This document shows positions 28,438 to 46,883 of a stretch of 64,000 bases of DNA, piece after piece. The DNA comes from Eledone cirrhosa (Eukaryota), in the NCBI GenBank assembly GCA_964016885.1, contig OZ024740.1, forward strand, positions 370,760,001-370,824,000. Direction: 5' to 3'. Both the position numbers and the translations under genes were made by a program. Each line of letters begins with the position of its first letter. Positions within the stretch are counted from its first letter, which is position 1. The notes beneath the pieces are model-generated. The model was not told where the DNA came from, ran no database searches, and worked only from the letters and a program-made list of their open reading frames with translations.

Positions 28438-28746
28438 CGTTTTCGTAGGCATATACATTTTATTCTGTGCGTATATATGTGAAATGTGAGCATTAATGTC
28501 TAATTCTATTTGTGCGTACTCATGTGTTATGTGGGTGTTGAATGTATATTGTGTAATGTGTGGTGCTCTAAGAGCGTGAGGCTAACATGTGTTGACATAT
28601 GGAGGCATGTATTTGAATATGTGCGTATGTATATATATATGTATGTTGTATTCGCATTTTTATCAATGTGTTTGTATAGTGTGTGTATGAATATTTCAAC
28701 ATGTGAACATAATTTAATGACATTGCGTAGGTATATACTACAGAGC

Positions 28747-28794
<48 letters not shown>

Positions 28795-29963
28795 GTGTGT
28801 GTGTCTGTGTGTGTCTGTGTGTGTCTGTGTGTGTGTGCGTGTGGTATGTGCGTGTGTGTATGTATGTATATATGTATAGAGCAAAAATCACGAGCACTCT
28901 ATCTCAAAATTATTTTTGAAAAGCATAAGAAATGCTCAACCGGTAAATACTTAAAACACAAAACTGAATACTAACTAATACTTATTACTAAGTTTTACTT
29001 ATTCCTAATTAAACTATTTTTCACTGGGAAAAATTTGTCAGCATTTTCTTTTCCTTTTTACTAATGTATATATATGTGTGTGTAAAAGGTAAACAGAAAT
29101 AACAACACATTCGGTACAGTATATGGAAGGAATATATTAGATTATATATATATATATATGTGTGTTTGCGTGTGTGTGTGTACGTGTGTACGTGTGTGTG
29201 TGTGCGCGCGTGTGTGTGTGTTTTCGGCAATATTTATAAATATATATGTGGGTGTGTCCACGTAAACTTCTCTCTCTCTCTCTCTCTCTCCCTCTCTCTC
29301 TTTCTTTGTAGAGCTTGCATATATGTAAGTGTATGCACATGTTTGTGTGCGTCTATACGTTTGTGTTTCGCGAGTGAAGTTGTGTGTGCGGACATGTATT
29401 TCTTGTATCATTATATATACAGTATATACGTGTACGAGTGTATGTATGCTTGTATTTCTATATAGTAAGAAATTATATGTGTGGGTTGTGGTGGATGTGG
29501 GTTTGTGTGTGTGTGTGTGTGAAAATGTATAATTATCTATCTATATGTGTATATAACGTGTGTTTACATATGTGTATTGCCATGTGAAGGTATATGTGTG
29601 CGCGAGTGTGAGTAAAATTGTATCTATAGTTGTGTGAGTGAATATATGTTTGAGGTGTTTAAGTAGGTGGGTGGACGTGCGCGTGCGCATACGCGCGTCT
29701 GCGTGTGTATGTGTGTGAGTGTGTGTGTATGTGTGTGAGTGTGTGTATGTGTGCGTGTGTGTGCGTGTGTGCGTGTAACTTGTAAGAGTGTGCATAAATA
29801 AATAAAGGGAGACGACAACGTGGTATTTGTAATAAAGCCGATAACGGAAACCATATAGATGTTTGGTATTAAAATTATTTTCCTCTATCATTTATTTGAT
29901 TTGTCACACTATCTTTGTCATACTACCAGTCCCTCTACTTTTCTTTCACAATCTCTCTCCATA

Positions 29964-30132
<169 letters not shown>

Positions 30133-30226
30133 CCAAACTAAAATATGTTGACAATCTTTTAATAATGTCTTCCTTGTGAAATTTGTGGTCTTGTTTTGCT
30201 TAACTAATGAATATATATATATATAG

Positions 30227-31655
30227 TAATAATAATAAATTTGAAGAGTAAAATCCAAAGAGGGTTCGATAAGGATAAATATATATCAAATATATAAGAA
30301 CCGTAGACCAAATATTTATTAAAATAACAGATTAAAGTTTAACCAAAGAATCGCTACTTTCACCCTTAATGGGATCTTCTGAAACTAAAAAAAAAATCAA
30401 TCTGTGAACGCAGAAGTAAATATTTCGAAAAACGTTGCAACCGGAGGAAGACAGAAAGACAGGTAATATATACTTACCTATACGAATAAGTAAAGGTATA
30501 AACATAAAATATACTTAGCTACCACACCAAGACGTAAATTATCCGCGTATAGCTCGTACTATCCGTTAGGGTATAGTGTGGGGCTGTTATACAGGAGAGT
30601 TTTGTGCAATCTGTATGTTTTGTGAAGGTACGTATACTTTCACGTACGTATATTTGCTTGTATTTGTTATAGGCGTATATATTATATTATATATACTGGT
30701 ACATGTGTATATGGTTATGTGTATACGTGAGTTTTGTGTTTGTGTGTGTATGCGGGTTTGCGCGTATGTAGGGTGTGTGTATATGTGTACTTTGTGTTTT
30801 GGTTGACGTACGTTTAGCGAACATATGTGTATTTACATGTAGGTGTGTGTTGCGTGCGTTATATACGTATTTATGTGTGTATATTTATATACGTTTATAG
30901 AATTATATGTATACAGGCACACACACACACGCATGTATATATATATATGTTTTTTATATATGTTTTATGTGTATTTGGTGTATATGTTCATTTGTGTGCA
31001 GGCGTTGCGCGGGTTTTGTATGTGTGCGCGTGTTTTTGTGTACGTGCCTGTAGTTGCATACCCAAGGCGGGTGTTTTCGCGGTTGTATGTATATGGATGC
31101 GTGCATGTATATATTTAATTATTGTTGTTTTCAATAACCTCTGTAATTTATTTACATTATTCTTAATTCTGTAATTTATTTACAATATTCTTAATTCTGA
31201 AGCCGAGAATCATTCGGTTTCCTAAATAAAATTTTAGTCTACGACTTCAGTTATACCATAGACGTGGTTTTTGTCTTTGCGTGTATTTGTTCTCAACGTT
31301 CCACATAAGGACGTATTATCTTCGATTTTTCATTTCATTGCCAAGGAACGTCTCCACGAACCACCTAATAGAATATTAGTCTACAACTTCATTTATACCA
31401 TAAACGTGGTTTTGTCTTTGCGTGTAAGTGTTCTCAACGCTCCAAATAATGACGTATTGTCTTCGTTTTCTTCCGTTCTTTGCCAGGGAACATCTCCACG
31501 AACCAAAGTATCGTCTTCCTGTCTTCCTCCCGTTGCAACATTTTTCGAAATATTTACTTCTGCGTTCACAGATTTATTTTTTTAGTTTCAGAAGATCCCG
31601 TTAAGGGTGAAAGCAGAGATTCTTTGCTTAAACTTTAATCTGTTATTTTAATAAT
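30227..31655. mobile_element. Inverted pLTR pair with microsatellite-rich interior
   Basis: 30227-30460 (long arm, minus) versus about 31510-31652 (short arm, plus). Internal tandem duplication of about 140 bp at 31221-31505. Confidence 0.7.
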
Positions 31656-32513
31656 TAGAAACTGCCAATCCGTCGTCATGGTATAAACCGATATTATGGG
31701 AAGGAAATTTCTCTTTAAGGTGTGGAGAAGGAATAATCCTACTAAGTCACACACATCCGCACTGTCATATGAACCCATTGCAACATCAAAAGAGTTTTCA
31801 GGGTTTGACTTTTTAACCCAAATACTTTCATTAGTAAAGAGTAGAGTTTTCCTAGCATGAAAGATAATGTCTTCTTCTAATTTAGAAATATTAATGAAGG
31901 GTCTTGCAAAATCTAAGGCTTTAGTTAATAAGGAAACAGTAATAGAGGGGTAAAAATCAACAGTATCAAATTGGGTAAATCTACACTTATTTTTACCTTG
32001 TATATTATTAAACCAAGAAATAACAGAGGATGTATTTAACCATTGTGATAAGTCAGTCTTAGTTCCAATTTGGAGAATTATTTTTCTTAAGATTTTTTTA
32101 CTTGTAAGGCCAACTTCGGATTTAGCCGGGTTAATCAGTCTACAGCTAGGTCGATTAGTAAAGTCTAATTTATGGTCTTTAAGGGTAATATATTCTTTAC
32201 GTTTAGCTAGGCTTTCAATCCGGTTGTCTATTTTTAAAACACTAGCTAGTTCTTTAGCTTCTTTATTAATAGTATTGTAGGTGTTATTATTAGTTAATTG
32301 ATATTTGTTGGTGATACTATTAGTTAAAAGTTGGTTATACAAAATACTATTAACTTCAAAGAGATTTTTAGTTTTATCGGAAAGAACAAAAGTGTTTGTA
32401 GAATTTTTAAAATTAGAAATATCGTTAGAAAGTTTAGTTTGAAAATTATTATTGTACTTACGAAATTTGATATCACTAATTAAATTAACAAGGTCTAATT
32501 CGAAGTTGGCCAT
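31635..32513 (-). mobile_element. PLE reverse transcriptase fragment
   Basis: ITLKDHK..RPSCRLINPAKSE..FTQFDTVDFYPSI..FDVAMGSYDSADVCDLVGLFLL. Confidence 0.92.
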
Positions 32514-32864
32514 GTCTTTAATTCTAGGTGTATGTGTATGTGTAATTGTGTGTATTGCTTACCACGTGTGTTTGTTCATTTATGTGTGCCCTTTCCTGTA
32601 TCGCTGTCAACTCTATAATAATTTTTATTTTTATTTTCTTAAGTTGTATATTTTTTTTTTTTTTTTTTTTTAAGTGACGGCTTATATGGTCGTCCATTGT
32701 TTTTTATTTTTATTATTATATTTTTTCTTATAATTAATTGTGTGTGTGCGTATGTAGGTGTGTGTACATATATCTATATTTGTGTGTGCGTATGTATGCG
32801 TGTATATATGTGTGTATGTATGTGTGTGTATGTACGTGTGTATATATGTATGATTATGTGTGTA

Positions 32865-32909
<45 letters not shown>

Positions 32910-32982
32910 GCTTGTGTGTGTTGGTGTATTTGTGTGTATGTGTATGTATGGATATGTGTATATATATATATATGTGTGTATG

Positions 32983-33019
<37 letters not shown>

Positions 33020-33040
33020 GTGTACGTGTATATATATGTG

Positions 33041-33113
<73 letters not shown>

Positions 33114-33613
33114 GTATATGTGTGTGTATGTATATGTGTGTGTGCGTGTGTGTGTGTGTTTGTGTGTGCATGTGTGTGTTCATGTGTGTGTGTCTACTTT
33201 TATACTTTTTCCTTTCCTTCTTCCTTTTCCAGCATTACTTTGCGTTATTATATATACGCACACTATTCAGTTTTCTGATATACTTAGAAGTGAGGAACTT
33301 ACTAATTTTTCACCCACTGATGAGCAAGAATTGGTAATCCTCTTCACAATTAATTTGTGAAACAGCATCGCCATCTATTTTCTTTATTTATTCTTAAATT
33401 GAGTCTGGCAAACCATATTGCCCATAGTTAGTATTTTTTTCTCCTTAGCGAATCTGGTCCCTTACGATTTGAACACATATATGTATATATCTGTGTTTAT
33501 CTCTCTTTTATATTCAATTATAATATACGGCTCGGAAAAATCTCTTTCCTAGAGCTATTTTATTGATTGTAAGAGACTATTTTGAGTTTCTAACTCAATA
33601 TATACCTTTGATT

Positions 33614-35408
<1,795 letters not shown>

Positions 35409-35429
35409 ATTATTATTATTATTATTAAA

Positions 35430-35616
35430 GGGCGGTGGATTGGCAGTATCGGTAGAGTGTCGGACGCCATGCTTTCCAGCATAGTTACGTCCCTTTACGA
35501 TCTGAGTTCAAATCCCGCCGAGGTTGACTTAGCCTTTCATCCTTACGGGGTCGATAAAATAAGTACCAGTAATGCACTGGGTAATTGCTGGCCTTGTGCC
35601 TAAAGTAGAGACAATT
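35430..35616 (+). mobile_element. SINE family A
   Basis: Full copy flanked by (ATT)n. Confidence 0.9.
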
Positions 35617-35697
35617 ATTATTATTATTATTATTATATATATAGTGAAAGAGTGAAGAATAACATGGTCAACAGTACAAAAAGGATTTTATTTACAT

Positions 35698-35800
35698 ATT
35701 AACAATTGTTTCATTGATTAAGTTGTCTAAAAATTGCTAATCAGTTGAAGTTGTGTCACTCAATTTTAAATACAATGTATGCTTAACCAAATCATCAAAA
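35698..35800 (-). ncRNA. Degenerate hammerhead (C3T)
   Basis: Minus strand reads ttt-TTGATGA-tttggttaag...cttaatcaat-GAAA-c-aatt-g-TT-aaa. Confidence 0.45.
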
Positions 35801-35974
35801 AAACTCATTATTACTCAGAGATTAACCTGCATAGGAATTCCCGAGAACTCGCAAACTCGCTACCTAAGGAAACCTCTTGTTGAGTCAAACAACGCCGTAC
35901 GCTAAAACTATCCACAATACGGAGTATTCACAACCTCTAACTGGATTACCTATAACTGGATTACCTATATATGC

Positions 35975-36080
<106 letters not shown>

Positions 36081-36784
36081 AGAGAGAGAGTCCCGACGGT
36101 TGAGCTCATGCAGTTTCGACAGCAAACACCAGTTTATTACAACGAAGTTATACCATGAATGTAGGTTCTGTTGGCCTGGAGGACAAACTTTTTTACCATG
36201 TGCCGGTGGAAAGGAACCGGAAATATATATACATGTGTGTGTCTGTGTGTGTATCTGTGTGTCTGTGTCTGTGTACATACATAAGCGTGCGTGCGCATGT
36301 GTGTATTTACATGTATATATGGAAGCACACTTGGCCAAGTAGATAAAAAGTTCTCTTTACAACCATGAAGTATTAGTTTCGGTGCCATTGCACTTATATA
36401 CAAGTGTAGGCGATATTGTTGACTGGTGGGCGATTTCAACTGTTAAGTGGGCGATGAGTCAACTGAACAGAAAATGGTGGGCGGGCGACTGGAAATTTCG
36501 GTGGATTTTGAGTATTAAGGATTTTGGGTATTAAGAAGTTATTTCAACATATACTACCCGAAAAAATATTCAAAAGAGATATATATAAAGAACCTGTAAA
36601 AAAAGGTAGGATTTTAAATGGGAATAACGAACCAGTAACAAACTTTTACCAAACATTTTTGGTATGCTTTTGAATATTTATTATACAGGTGGGCGGTGGG
36701 AATGTTTTTCATGCGAAAGTGGGTGTTGACGCAAAAAACGTTTGGAACTCCTAATATAAAGTGCTGACATATATGTTAAGTGAA

Positions 36785-36900
36785 GGCGTGTGGCTGAGTG
36801 GTTAGAGGATTGGATTCGCAATCGTGAGGTTATGAGTTCGATTCCCGGACCGGCTGATGCGTTATGTCCTTGAGCAAGACATTTTATTTCACGCTGCTCC
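36785..36900 (+). mobile_element. SINE family B
   Basis: TGGCTGAGTGG A-box, GAGTTCGATTCCC B-box and gtccttgagcaagaca core. Confidence 0.8.
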
Positions 36901-37545
36901 TTCTACCTGGAGTTGCGACCGATAGATAGTATTAACAATTGGACAGACCAATGGAAACATTGTTTCCTCGGTCCGATTTGACGAAAGTTGATCGTTCCTT
37001 TTATATCTGTTAATGGCAACACTATGGAATAGTTAAGATGAAGTTAAAATATTTACAACTGCAGCATTGGCATACGTATTAAACATGAAAACAGAGTCGT
37101 ATAAAAATGTAAAATAACTATTTAGCGCCTGAAATTGTGACTTGCTTCGTCAGCTATCTTTAACAACGTATACAGTAATCATTGAATCGTACTAAGAATA
37201 GCAGTGACATGATCACAGCTTGTATACATACAAATATATATGTGTGTGTGTGTGTGTGTGTGTACACACATACATAAGCGTGCGTCTATGTGTATGCATG
37301 CGCACGCGTGTGTGTGTGTTTGTGTGTGTGTAGTCTTCTGTACAGAAAATACGAAGATTATAGCTTGAATTCAAGAAAGAAAATTAAATACTAAATCGGC
37401 TTAAATGTTATGATTAGACATATTTTCTGAGGTTTCCTGATATTTAATGAAACTAGAATGGTCATTGTTGTGGTTTCCTTCTCTTTTTATTTTTAGTATA
37501 TATATATATACATATACATACACACACATATATATATATATATAT

Positions 37546-37795
37546 ATTAGAAATAGAAGCTTTCACCGTATTTTTTGAGTAAAGGAATTTTAGCCTGATA
37601 GTGGGGTTTATAACCCTCAGAGAAATGGAAAAAGATGAGTATTTACGTACATGTACGTAAATACTCATCTTTTTCCATTTCTCTGAGGGTTATAAACCCC
37701 ACTATCAGGCTAAAATTCCTTTAGTCAAAAAATACGGTGAAAGATTCTATTTCTAATTTCAAACTTGCTCACTGTTTCAAAACATACTTACTTGA
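37546..37795. repeat. 212 bp near-perfect palindrome plus short tail
   Basis: 37546-37757 is centred at 37651/37652 (tacgtaca|tgtacgta) with no spacer; (TA)n flanks. Confidence 0.9.
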
Positions 37796-37813
37796 TATAT
37801 ATATATATATACA

Positions 37814-37874
<61 letters not shown>

Positions 37875-37878
37875 GAAG

Positions 37879-38043
37879 AGCTTCTACAGGACTAGAACTG
37901 TTTCATTCATGAGAAATTATCAGGAAGCTCACGAATGAAACAGTTCTAGTCCTGTAGAAGCTGTACTATATTCAACCTTTTATACTCTGGTATGTATTGA
38001 GTACCTTACTTACTGTGGTTACCTCCGATTCAACCCGGAATAA

Positions 38044-38047
<4 letters not shown>
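37879..38047. repeat. Fold-back mini-insertion with apex in a HHR-like motif
   Basis: Hairpin 37879-37962. Minus strand reads CTGATAA-tttctcatgaat-GAAA-cagttc; the right side has an 85 bp tail. Confidence 0.7.
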
Positions 38048-38087
<40 letters not shown>

Positions 38088-38088
38088 A

Positions 38089-38157
<69 letters not shown>

Positions 38158-38181
38158 TATTTATATATATATATGTGAGTT

Positions 38182-38265
<84 letters not shown>

Positions 38266-38282
38266 TATATGTATATTTGTGA

Positions 38283-40085
<1,803 letters not shown>

Positions 40086-41054
40086 TTGTAGTTCCTGGAT
40101 TTCTAAGGATCTGTTCTGATGATTTCTGATGATTTTGTTTGTTTGTTTGTTTTACGTTTACTTTTTTGTTTTCGTTTTGCTTTCTTTTTGTTTTGTTTTG
40201 TTTGTTTTTTTGTTTTTGTTGCTGTTAATGCTGTTGTCGTTGTTGTTGCTGCTGCTGCTCTGCTGTTGTTATTGTTGATTTGGTCTTCTATTTTCTTTCG
40301 ATGAAAATAATTTCTATTTTAAATTTTGAAAAGTAGATATACTGTTGACCGTTTGCTCATAAATTATATTTGTTCCAAAGCATCGTTATCACATCAGATA
40401 AAATGTGTTTAGGTGTAATTCATACCAAAATCTCAATGAATATTGAAAAGGGATACACAAAGCATCACTTTAAAAATCTATAACATATAAATTAGCAATC
40501 AAGACAAAATCAATGTAACAACAAAAATAAAAACAATTATACATACGTAATAATAGTACAGTAAGACACCACAAATAAACACTCCAAAAACACACACAAC
40601 CTCGAATAAACTAACGTTGAAACTTCTAGATATTCATTCGATCTGCCATATATAGCAATCATATCTTCCGCGTAATACACTGTTTCGTATTTAAAAATAG
40701 AACATCACATTGAATTATGTAGTCTGAAAACAAAAAGAAATTAGATGCTCGCGGCAGGAAATTTTTTATTATACTTTAATTCGATTATAGCGAAAATAAA
40801 TCTAAACAAGAATAGAAACCGTGAACAACAACTAATTCTACACGAGTCTACGATAGAGCATTTGCATGATTGGTTAGCCTGCTAAGAATAGTGACCAATT
40901 CATACTCTACCATCTTAACAAAAGGGCACATTGGCTATATATGCATGTGTGTGTAAAGTATTCACACTCTGAAACGTATTAGATATGGATATATGTGTGT
41001 ATGTATGTATGCATGTATGTACGTATGTATGTACGTATGTATATGTGTATGTCC

Positions 41055-41490
41055 GGGAGAGATGACCCCTTAGCCTTTGTCACCGGGAGAGATGACCTCT
41101 TAGCCTTTGTCAAGGCAGAATTCTAGGAGAAGGAAAACTCTGATATAACACCTGCAACCCTGATGGTATCCAATGATGTTGACTTGTTCATCTTTTTGGT
41201 AAATATCATCCTGGTTAAGAGAGTGAGACTGGCTTTGTGCAGTGCCTTTGCTCACTATAAAAGCTTCACGGCACAGGCATTGCTTTATATCTGGAGATCT
41301 CTCTGCACTTGTCGTCACATGGTACCATGGGCCCAACACTGTGTGTCAATAATTGTCACAAGTGTAGTGTTTGTACCAGAGTTTTCAAGTCGCTGGCTGG
41401 ACTAAAAAGTCACACTCGTTCAGCGCATCGGTAGGGGTTCTCCTACATGGATATAAAGTAGTGGCCGTACTCGAAAACGAGTTGGCAGCC
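41055..41490 (+). mobile_element. Relic related to 55575-56080 (RTE-like 5' region)
   Basis: Shares ttctaggagaaggaaaactctga and gcacaggcattgctt with the 55575 block. Family assignment is from recall only. Confidence 0.45.
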
Positions 41491-41554
41491 ACCATATGTG
41501 TATGTATGATTGTATGTATGTATTACGTATGTATATATGTGTGTGTGTATGAAT

Positions 41555-41782
41555 GTGCCAATAAAGAGAGAGTCGATTTCTAACATAGACACAAGACTCT
41601 CTCATTGGAATTTACACATCAACTAGGTAGATATGTATGCATGCATGCATGTGTAGATATGGATGTTATTGTATGTGTGGATGTGGATGTTTTGAGTTGT
41701 ATGTGTGCATGTGTATATGCTTTGTATCTGTACATGTGTATATGCAGTTATTAGATGCAAAATCTTTGGAATGTTTTACATA
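41555..41782 (-). mobile_element. 3' end fragment of the R4/Dong-like element
   Basis: Matches about 56205-56443 (3' UTR and last codons); flanked by (TATG)n. Confidence 0.75.
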
Positions 41783-41828
41783 TGTATGTATGTACGTATG
41801 TATGTATGTATGTACGTATGTATGTATA

Positions 41829-41861
<33 letters not shown>

Positions 41862-42103
41862 ATGTATGTATGTATGTATGTATGTATGTATGTATGTATG
41901 TACGTATGTGTATAGAAATATGTGTGTGTATATATAGAGTTAGACTTAATCTGTCTCCTATTTTAACAACACCATCTTAGACCCCTTTAGCAGAAGCCAC
42001 TCGGTTGCAATCATTCGGACCAGATCACCTGTTTGATACCTTCATCCTTTCCTCCCACCGATCTTTCATTAGCACGAACCTTCTCTCCCCGACTAAACAT
42101 ATA

Positions 42104-42310
42104 TGGCGGTGGATTGGCAGTATCGGTGCAGCGTCAGACAACATGCTATACGACATAGAGTTACGGCCATTTACGATATGAGTTCAAATCCTGCCGAGGG
42201 TAGCTTTGCCTTTCTTTCTTACAGGGTTGATAAAATAAAGTACCTGCAATGCACAGGGGTCAATTTAATCGATTTTCCGCTCCCCCAAAATTGTGCCTAA
42301 ATCAAAAACC
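42104..42310 (+). mobile_element. SINE family A (diverged)
   Basis: ggcggtggattggcagtatcgg...gagttcaaatcc...gataaaataaagtacc. Confidence 0.8.
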
Positions 42311-42541
42311 AATATTCCAGTTGTTCTAACAACCCAAATACTTACTCAATATATTAGCGTGGGTATTTCATACACATGTATTTCCTTAACGAAAATCTCG
42401 TAACGACTCAAGGTGACAGACAGAGTATGCCAAGTTTAAACCTTTTGGTTGCATATGCACTGATCCAATGCTTTTGCACACAAGATATACCTTAAAATAA
42501 CCTTAATGATAGATCAATAGTAAATACTTGATATCATGCGT

Positions 42542-42588
<47 letters not shown>

Positions 42589-43115
42589 TATGTCTGCATG
42601 TAAATATTTGATATCATGCGTGTATGTCTGCATGTGGAGTGCGTGCGCCTGTGTATATATGGAAGCGTGTGTGAGTGTACGTGTGTGTGCCCATGTGTTT
42701 GTGAGTTCGTGTGTGTCCGTGTGTTCGCGCGTACGTATGTCTGTATATGTGTGTGTGCGTGCATGTGTATGTTTATTGTTTTAATAAATACACCTTTAGT
42801 ATTGACCAGACCATAGAAATAATAATAGCATTGGTTTGTTTTTAACGTAATGCCGCCATCTTTTTATGAATACAAACATATTTTTTTCTTTTCTCAAGAA
42901 TATTATCAACTTTACATTCAATGTATTGGATTCAACAAACAATTTAAAATTCTACGCCATTGCAACTAAATGATGCCTTTTTCTAGATTCACAGATATGG
43001 CCGAAAATCGTATTCCTGGATCTTCCGTCGTTTTCAACGACGAGCATTTAGTTTATTGATCAACTAAAAGGTTTATATAGCAGGCATACATATCCTTTAA
43101 ATGATTTCTCATTTA

Positions 43116-43410
43116 AGCAAAAGGCCAGCATTTTTTTTAGGGAAGGGAAAGTCGATTATATTGACAACACAGTGCTTGACTACTACATTATTTTAGTACC
43201 AGTCACGCACTGGGGTCCATATGATCCCCAAATAATTGTTGGCCTTGTGCCTATTCAGAAACCATTATTTTCCCGCAAAGGTTAACGTTGCCTTTCATCC
43301 TTATGGGGTCGATAAAATAAAGTACCAGTAATTCACTGAGATAATTGCTGGCCTTGTGCCAAAAGTAGAAACAATTATTTTATCGACGCCGGGAGGATGA
43401 AAGGCATGGT
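43116..43410. mobile_element. Nested SINE family A fragments in both orientations
   Basis: Core gcctttcatcc..gggtcgataaa on + at about 43290 and on - at about 43380-43405. Confidence 0.7.
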
Positions 43411-43865
43411 TAAATCTACGTGTATCCTTTAAATATAGCTGAATGAACGTGACACGGTGTGTGATAAAGCTAACCTTTGAATTACAGATGCTATCTACCC
43501 AAACGGCCTTGCAGATAGTCCCTGTCGCCTAATTTCACACACACAGTAAGGAAGGCACATACAATTTGCGTTCATAATATTAACCACGCCACTGTCAGCA
43601 TACTAAAGAGTAAGCGGCTTAAAGGGACATAACTCTAGTAGGACAGGGTTACTTCCCTTAGATTATATTTTTCGTGCCATATGAACAATTCCAAGGGAAA
43701 TAACTCCAAATTACTACGTTCATTTTTTGTATGCTAAGGAAGTGGTTATATGGGGGAAGAGAAAACGAGGCTGAGAGAGAGAGAGAGAACTAAATACACA
43801 TCTACATGTACATACATATATACATATATATCATACATATATACATACATATATACATACATATA

Positions 43866-43942
<77 letters not shown>

Positions 43943-44000
43943 AACACGTCCCATGGAATGAGTGCTCTACCACTACGGATATTACCTTCCAGTGTTCTAC

Positions 44001-44039
<39 letters not shown>

Positions 44040-44050
<11 letters not shown>

Positions 44051-44290
44051 GAAAATGTCTGTGTGTCTTTATGCAGTCGATGCTTTTCCACAGTTTCCAT
44101 CCGATTTTGTTCAAATTTGATACATACGTTATTTAGCTCCAGGAGCATATCAACATGTAGTTTAAGTATTGTTTTTCTCGTAAATAACAGAGTTCTGGGG
44201 CTATTTACAGACGTCTATGTTGGTGAGAAAGGGAGATCTTTGTTTACACTTGCGAAAGGTGTGCCAGGCAACGACAGGCTCTTTTGCTAG
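44040..44290 (+). mobile_element. Helitron-like non-autonomous relic
   Basis: Begins (ta)n-aaacgaaaatgtctgtgtgtc and ends in a GC-rich gtgccaggcaacgacaggc segment followed by CTAG. Confidence 0.45.
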
Positions 44291-44369
44291 GTAGTGTAAG
44301 TTAGCGTGAAACACTCTTCAATATGGGTGGCGATAGAAAGAGGAGCAAATGAGTTAGCAGTGTTTGAGA

Positions 44370-46423
44370 GGAAGTAACAGAAAACCAAACAGCTTCGTAG
44401 AGTAGAGGTCATTTTACTAAAAATAAACGTAGGGTGATGAAATAGAGGATCTTCTGGCAAGATGTTGTTCTCACATATAAGAAACCTGAAGCAATGTAGC
44501 ATACGATTTTCTATCCAAACCCAGTGAGACAATGAAATACCAGCTATAGGTTTGGACTACTTATCCATGAGTATGTTCTTGCTGTTATTGTTGCTGTTTA
44601 GTTCCAAGTCTACCCCTAATCTAGCACACCTATGATTAAAGACATTCCAAGTACGGTCATCCTATTATTGAATTAGTATCTAGGACTAACAGTGGGGTGT
44701 TATTTGAGGGAGATTTTGCTACTATTTTTGCCTGTTTGCGCGATTATGTAGGCGTTCTTTTGTTGACTCAGATGCCGGTGATCCAATAATGCTATCCACA
44801 CTACCACTAATGGTATTTAGACGTAAAGTGTGTTCAAATCATTCTAGGTTTGATTTTCCCATTCGCAGTTCAGAGTTTGATAAAATAAATAACAGCAATT
44901 TTGTAAGGTCTATTCAATGTACTACGGTGAAAAACAACTTAAACCGCACTCAAGTAAGAGTCACTCGGCTAGTCGCTAAATACTCGTTCATCAACATCTC
45001 TAGCCAACAGACGCATTGTCTTCTCTCTTTATTTCTTTTACTGTTTCTACAATAGCCTCTCTCCGTTAGACCGAACTAGCAGCTCACCATCCCCCTCCAA
45101 GCCGACGCGATGTAGCTGTCTCTCCTTTTCTCGCCATCACTACTGGAAGTGAAAATGGAAAACANNNNNNNNNNNNNNNNNNNNNNNNNNNNNNNNNNNN
45201 NNNNNNNNNNNNNNNNNNNNNNNNNNNNNNNNNNNNNNNNNNNNNNNNNNNNNNNNNNNNNNNNNNNNNNNNNNNNNNNNNNNNNNNNNNNNNNNNNNNN
45301 NNNNNNNNNNNNNNNNNNNNNNNNNNNNNNNNNNNNNNNNNNNNNNNNNNNNNNNNNNNNNNNNTGCTTGTGGTGGTGGTGATGGTTGTGGCGGTGGTTG
45401 TGGTGCTGCTGTTGCTGTTGGTGCTGCTGGTGCTGCTGCTGGTTTTGTCGTCGTCATTTGGGTGTTGATGCTGGTGGGAGGGAGTGCTGGTGATGGTAGT
45501 TTCCATAATAATCTTAATTGTGAAGGTACAGTTTATAATTCTTGTAGACACTCCCAATCTACGTAAGTGGTGAGGGTGTGGAAGATGATGATGATGATGG
45601 TGGTGGTGGTGGTGGTGGTGGTAGTGGTTGTGGTTGTGGTGATTATTGTGTGGGTAGAGATAGGAGTAATTGTTGATGGTATTTCTTTTCAAGGCGTGCT
45701 GATAAAATTATCTGTAAAAGTAAAATGTCCAAACGACAATTATATTAATGTACGTGGTAATGGTGGTGGTGGTGGTGGTGGCGGTGACAGCTTTAGTGTT
45801 GAGGTGTGGCAGTGACAGTGGGGGCGATGGTGGGAGTGGTCAATATAACTCAGTGTTGAAACTGTATTCGATGCCATGTGCGGGAAATAAGGCACCATGA
45901 AATATAATGATGTGAACTGGAAGGTAAAATTGAGGTAATCTTGAAGAAGAAGAAGAAGAAGAAGAAGAAGAAGAAGAAGAAGAAGAAGAACAACAACAAC
46001 AACAACAACAACAACAACGACGACGACGACCACGACGACGACGACGACAACAACAACAACAACAACAATAACAACAACGGCGACGACGACAACGATGACG
46101 GCGACGACCACGACCACAACAGCAGCAGCGGCAACAAGTAAAGGTAACTACTATGGTGACAACGATGACATGTAATAACATGAGAACAATAAGAACAATA
46201 ACAAGGGAGTAACAATAAGGAAGATAACAATAACAGCAACAAAAACATCAATCATCTAAAAGAAAGGCCAGTAAAAAAATATCACTAACGACGATCACTG
46301 CAACAACAACCACAAGAAACTAGAGAAAGAAGCACATGATAAAAATGAGATTTAAAGCAGAAGTTAGATATAAAAGGTAAAATTGAAATAAATACATAAA
46401 AACAAATAAAGAAATAATGAAAG

Positions 46424-46462
<39 letters not shown>

Positions 46463-46705
46463 CTGGCAATGTAGTACTCGTATGTGATGCTAAAATGGAA
46501 AAGAAATGTCATTATAAAAACGATGTCAGACATCTATACACAAACAAGGTAAAAAAAATACATATCTAAAAGAAGATCAAAGGATGAAGAAGCAATGAAA
46601 AAGAACGATGATCGTATAAGTTCTGAAGGCGCCATTTTGAAACTGAAATAGTTAAATGCGGGAAAACTTTTAGATGTATTGGCCCAGACAGCAAAGTTAG
46701 ACTCG
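44370..46705 (+). pseudogene. Degenerate LRR and LRR-CT fragments (unit 4 ectodomain), spanning the gap
   Basis: LFSHIRNLKQCSI (about 44465); MLSTLPLMVFR (44789); SFQGVLIKLSV..NDNYI (about 45685); GNVVLVCDAKM (about 46464); FRCIGPDSK (about 46670). Confidence 0.5.
45165..45364. other. Assembly gap (200 N)
   Basis: Direct reading. Confidence 1.
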
Positions 46706-46883
46706 TCTTTTATTTTATCTCTTTTCTTTTACGTTTATATGTCTGCAGTGTTTAATATACATGTTTGTGTGTATCAGTTTGTATGTTTGTATGTGTGTCT
46801 ATGTGTGGGCGCGAGTATGTTCGTGTGTGCATGTATACTAACATTCTGTTTTACATAAATAGTGACTACAATAAAGATCCCTT

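Noticed and set aside
36420-36755. hAT-like DNA transposon end
   Set aside because: Only a vague terminal resemblance; no matching second TIR or TSD was found.
36785-36860. tRNA gene candidates (also at 61284 and 16684)
   Set aside because: They have A/B boxes but no complete acceptor stem, and they continue into a shared SINE body.
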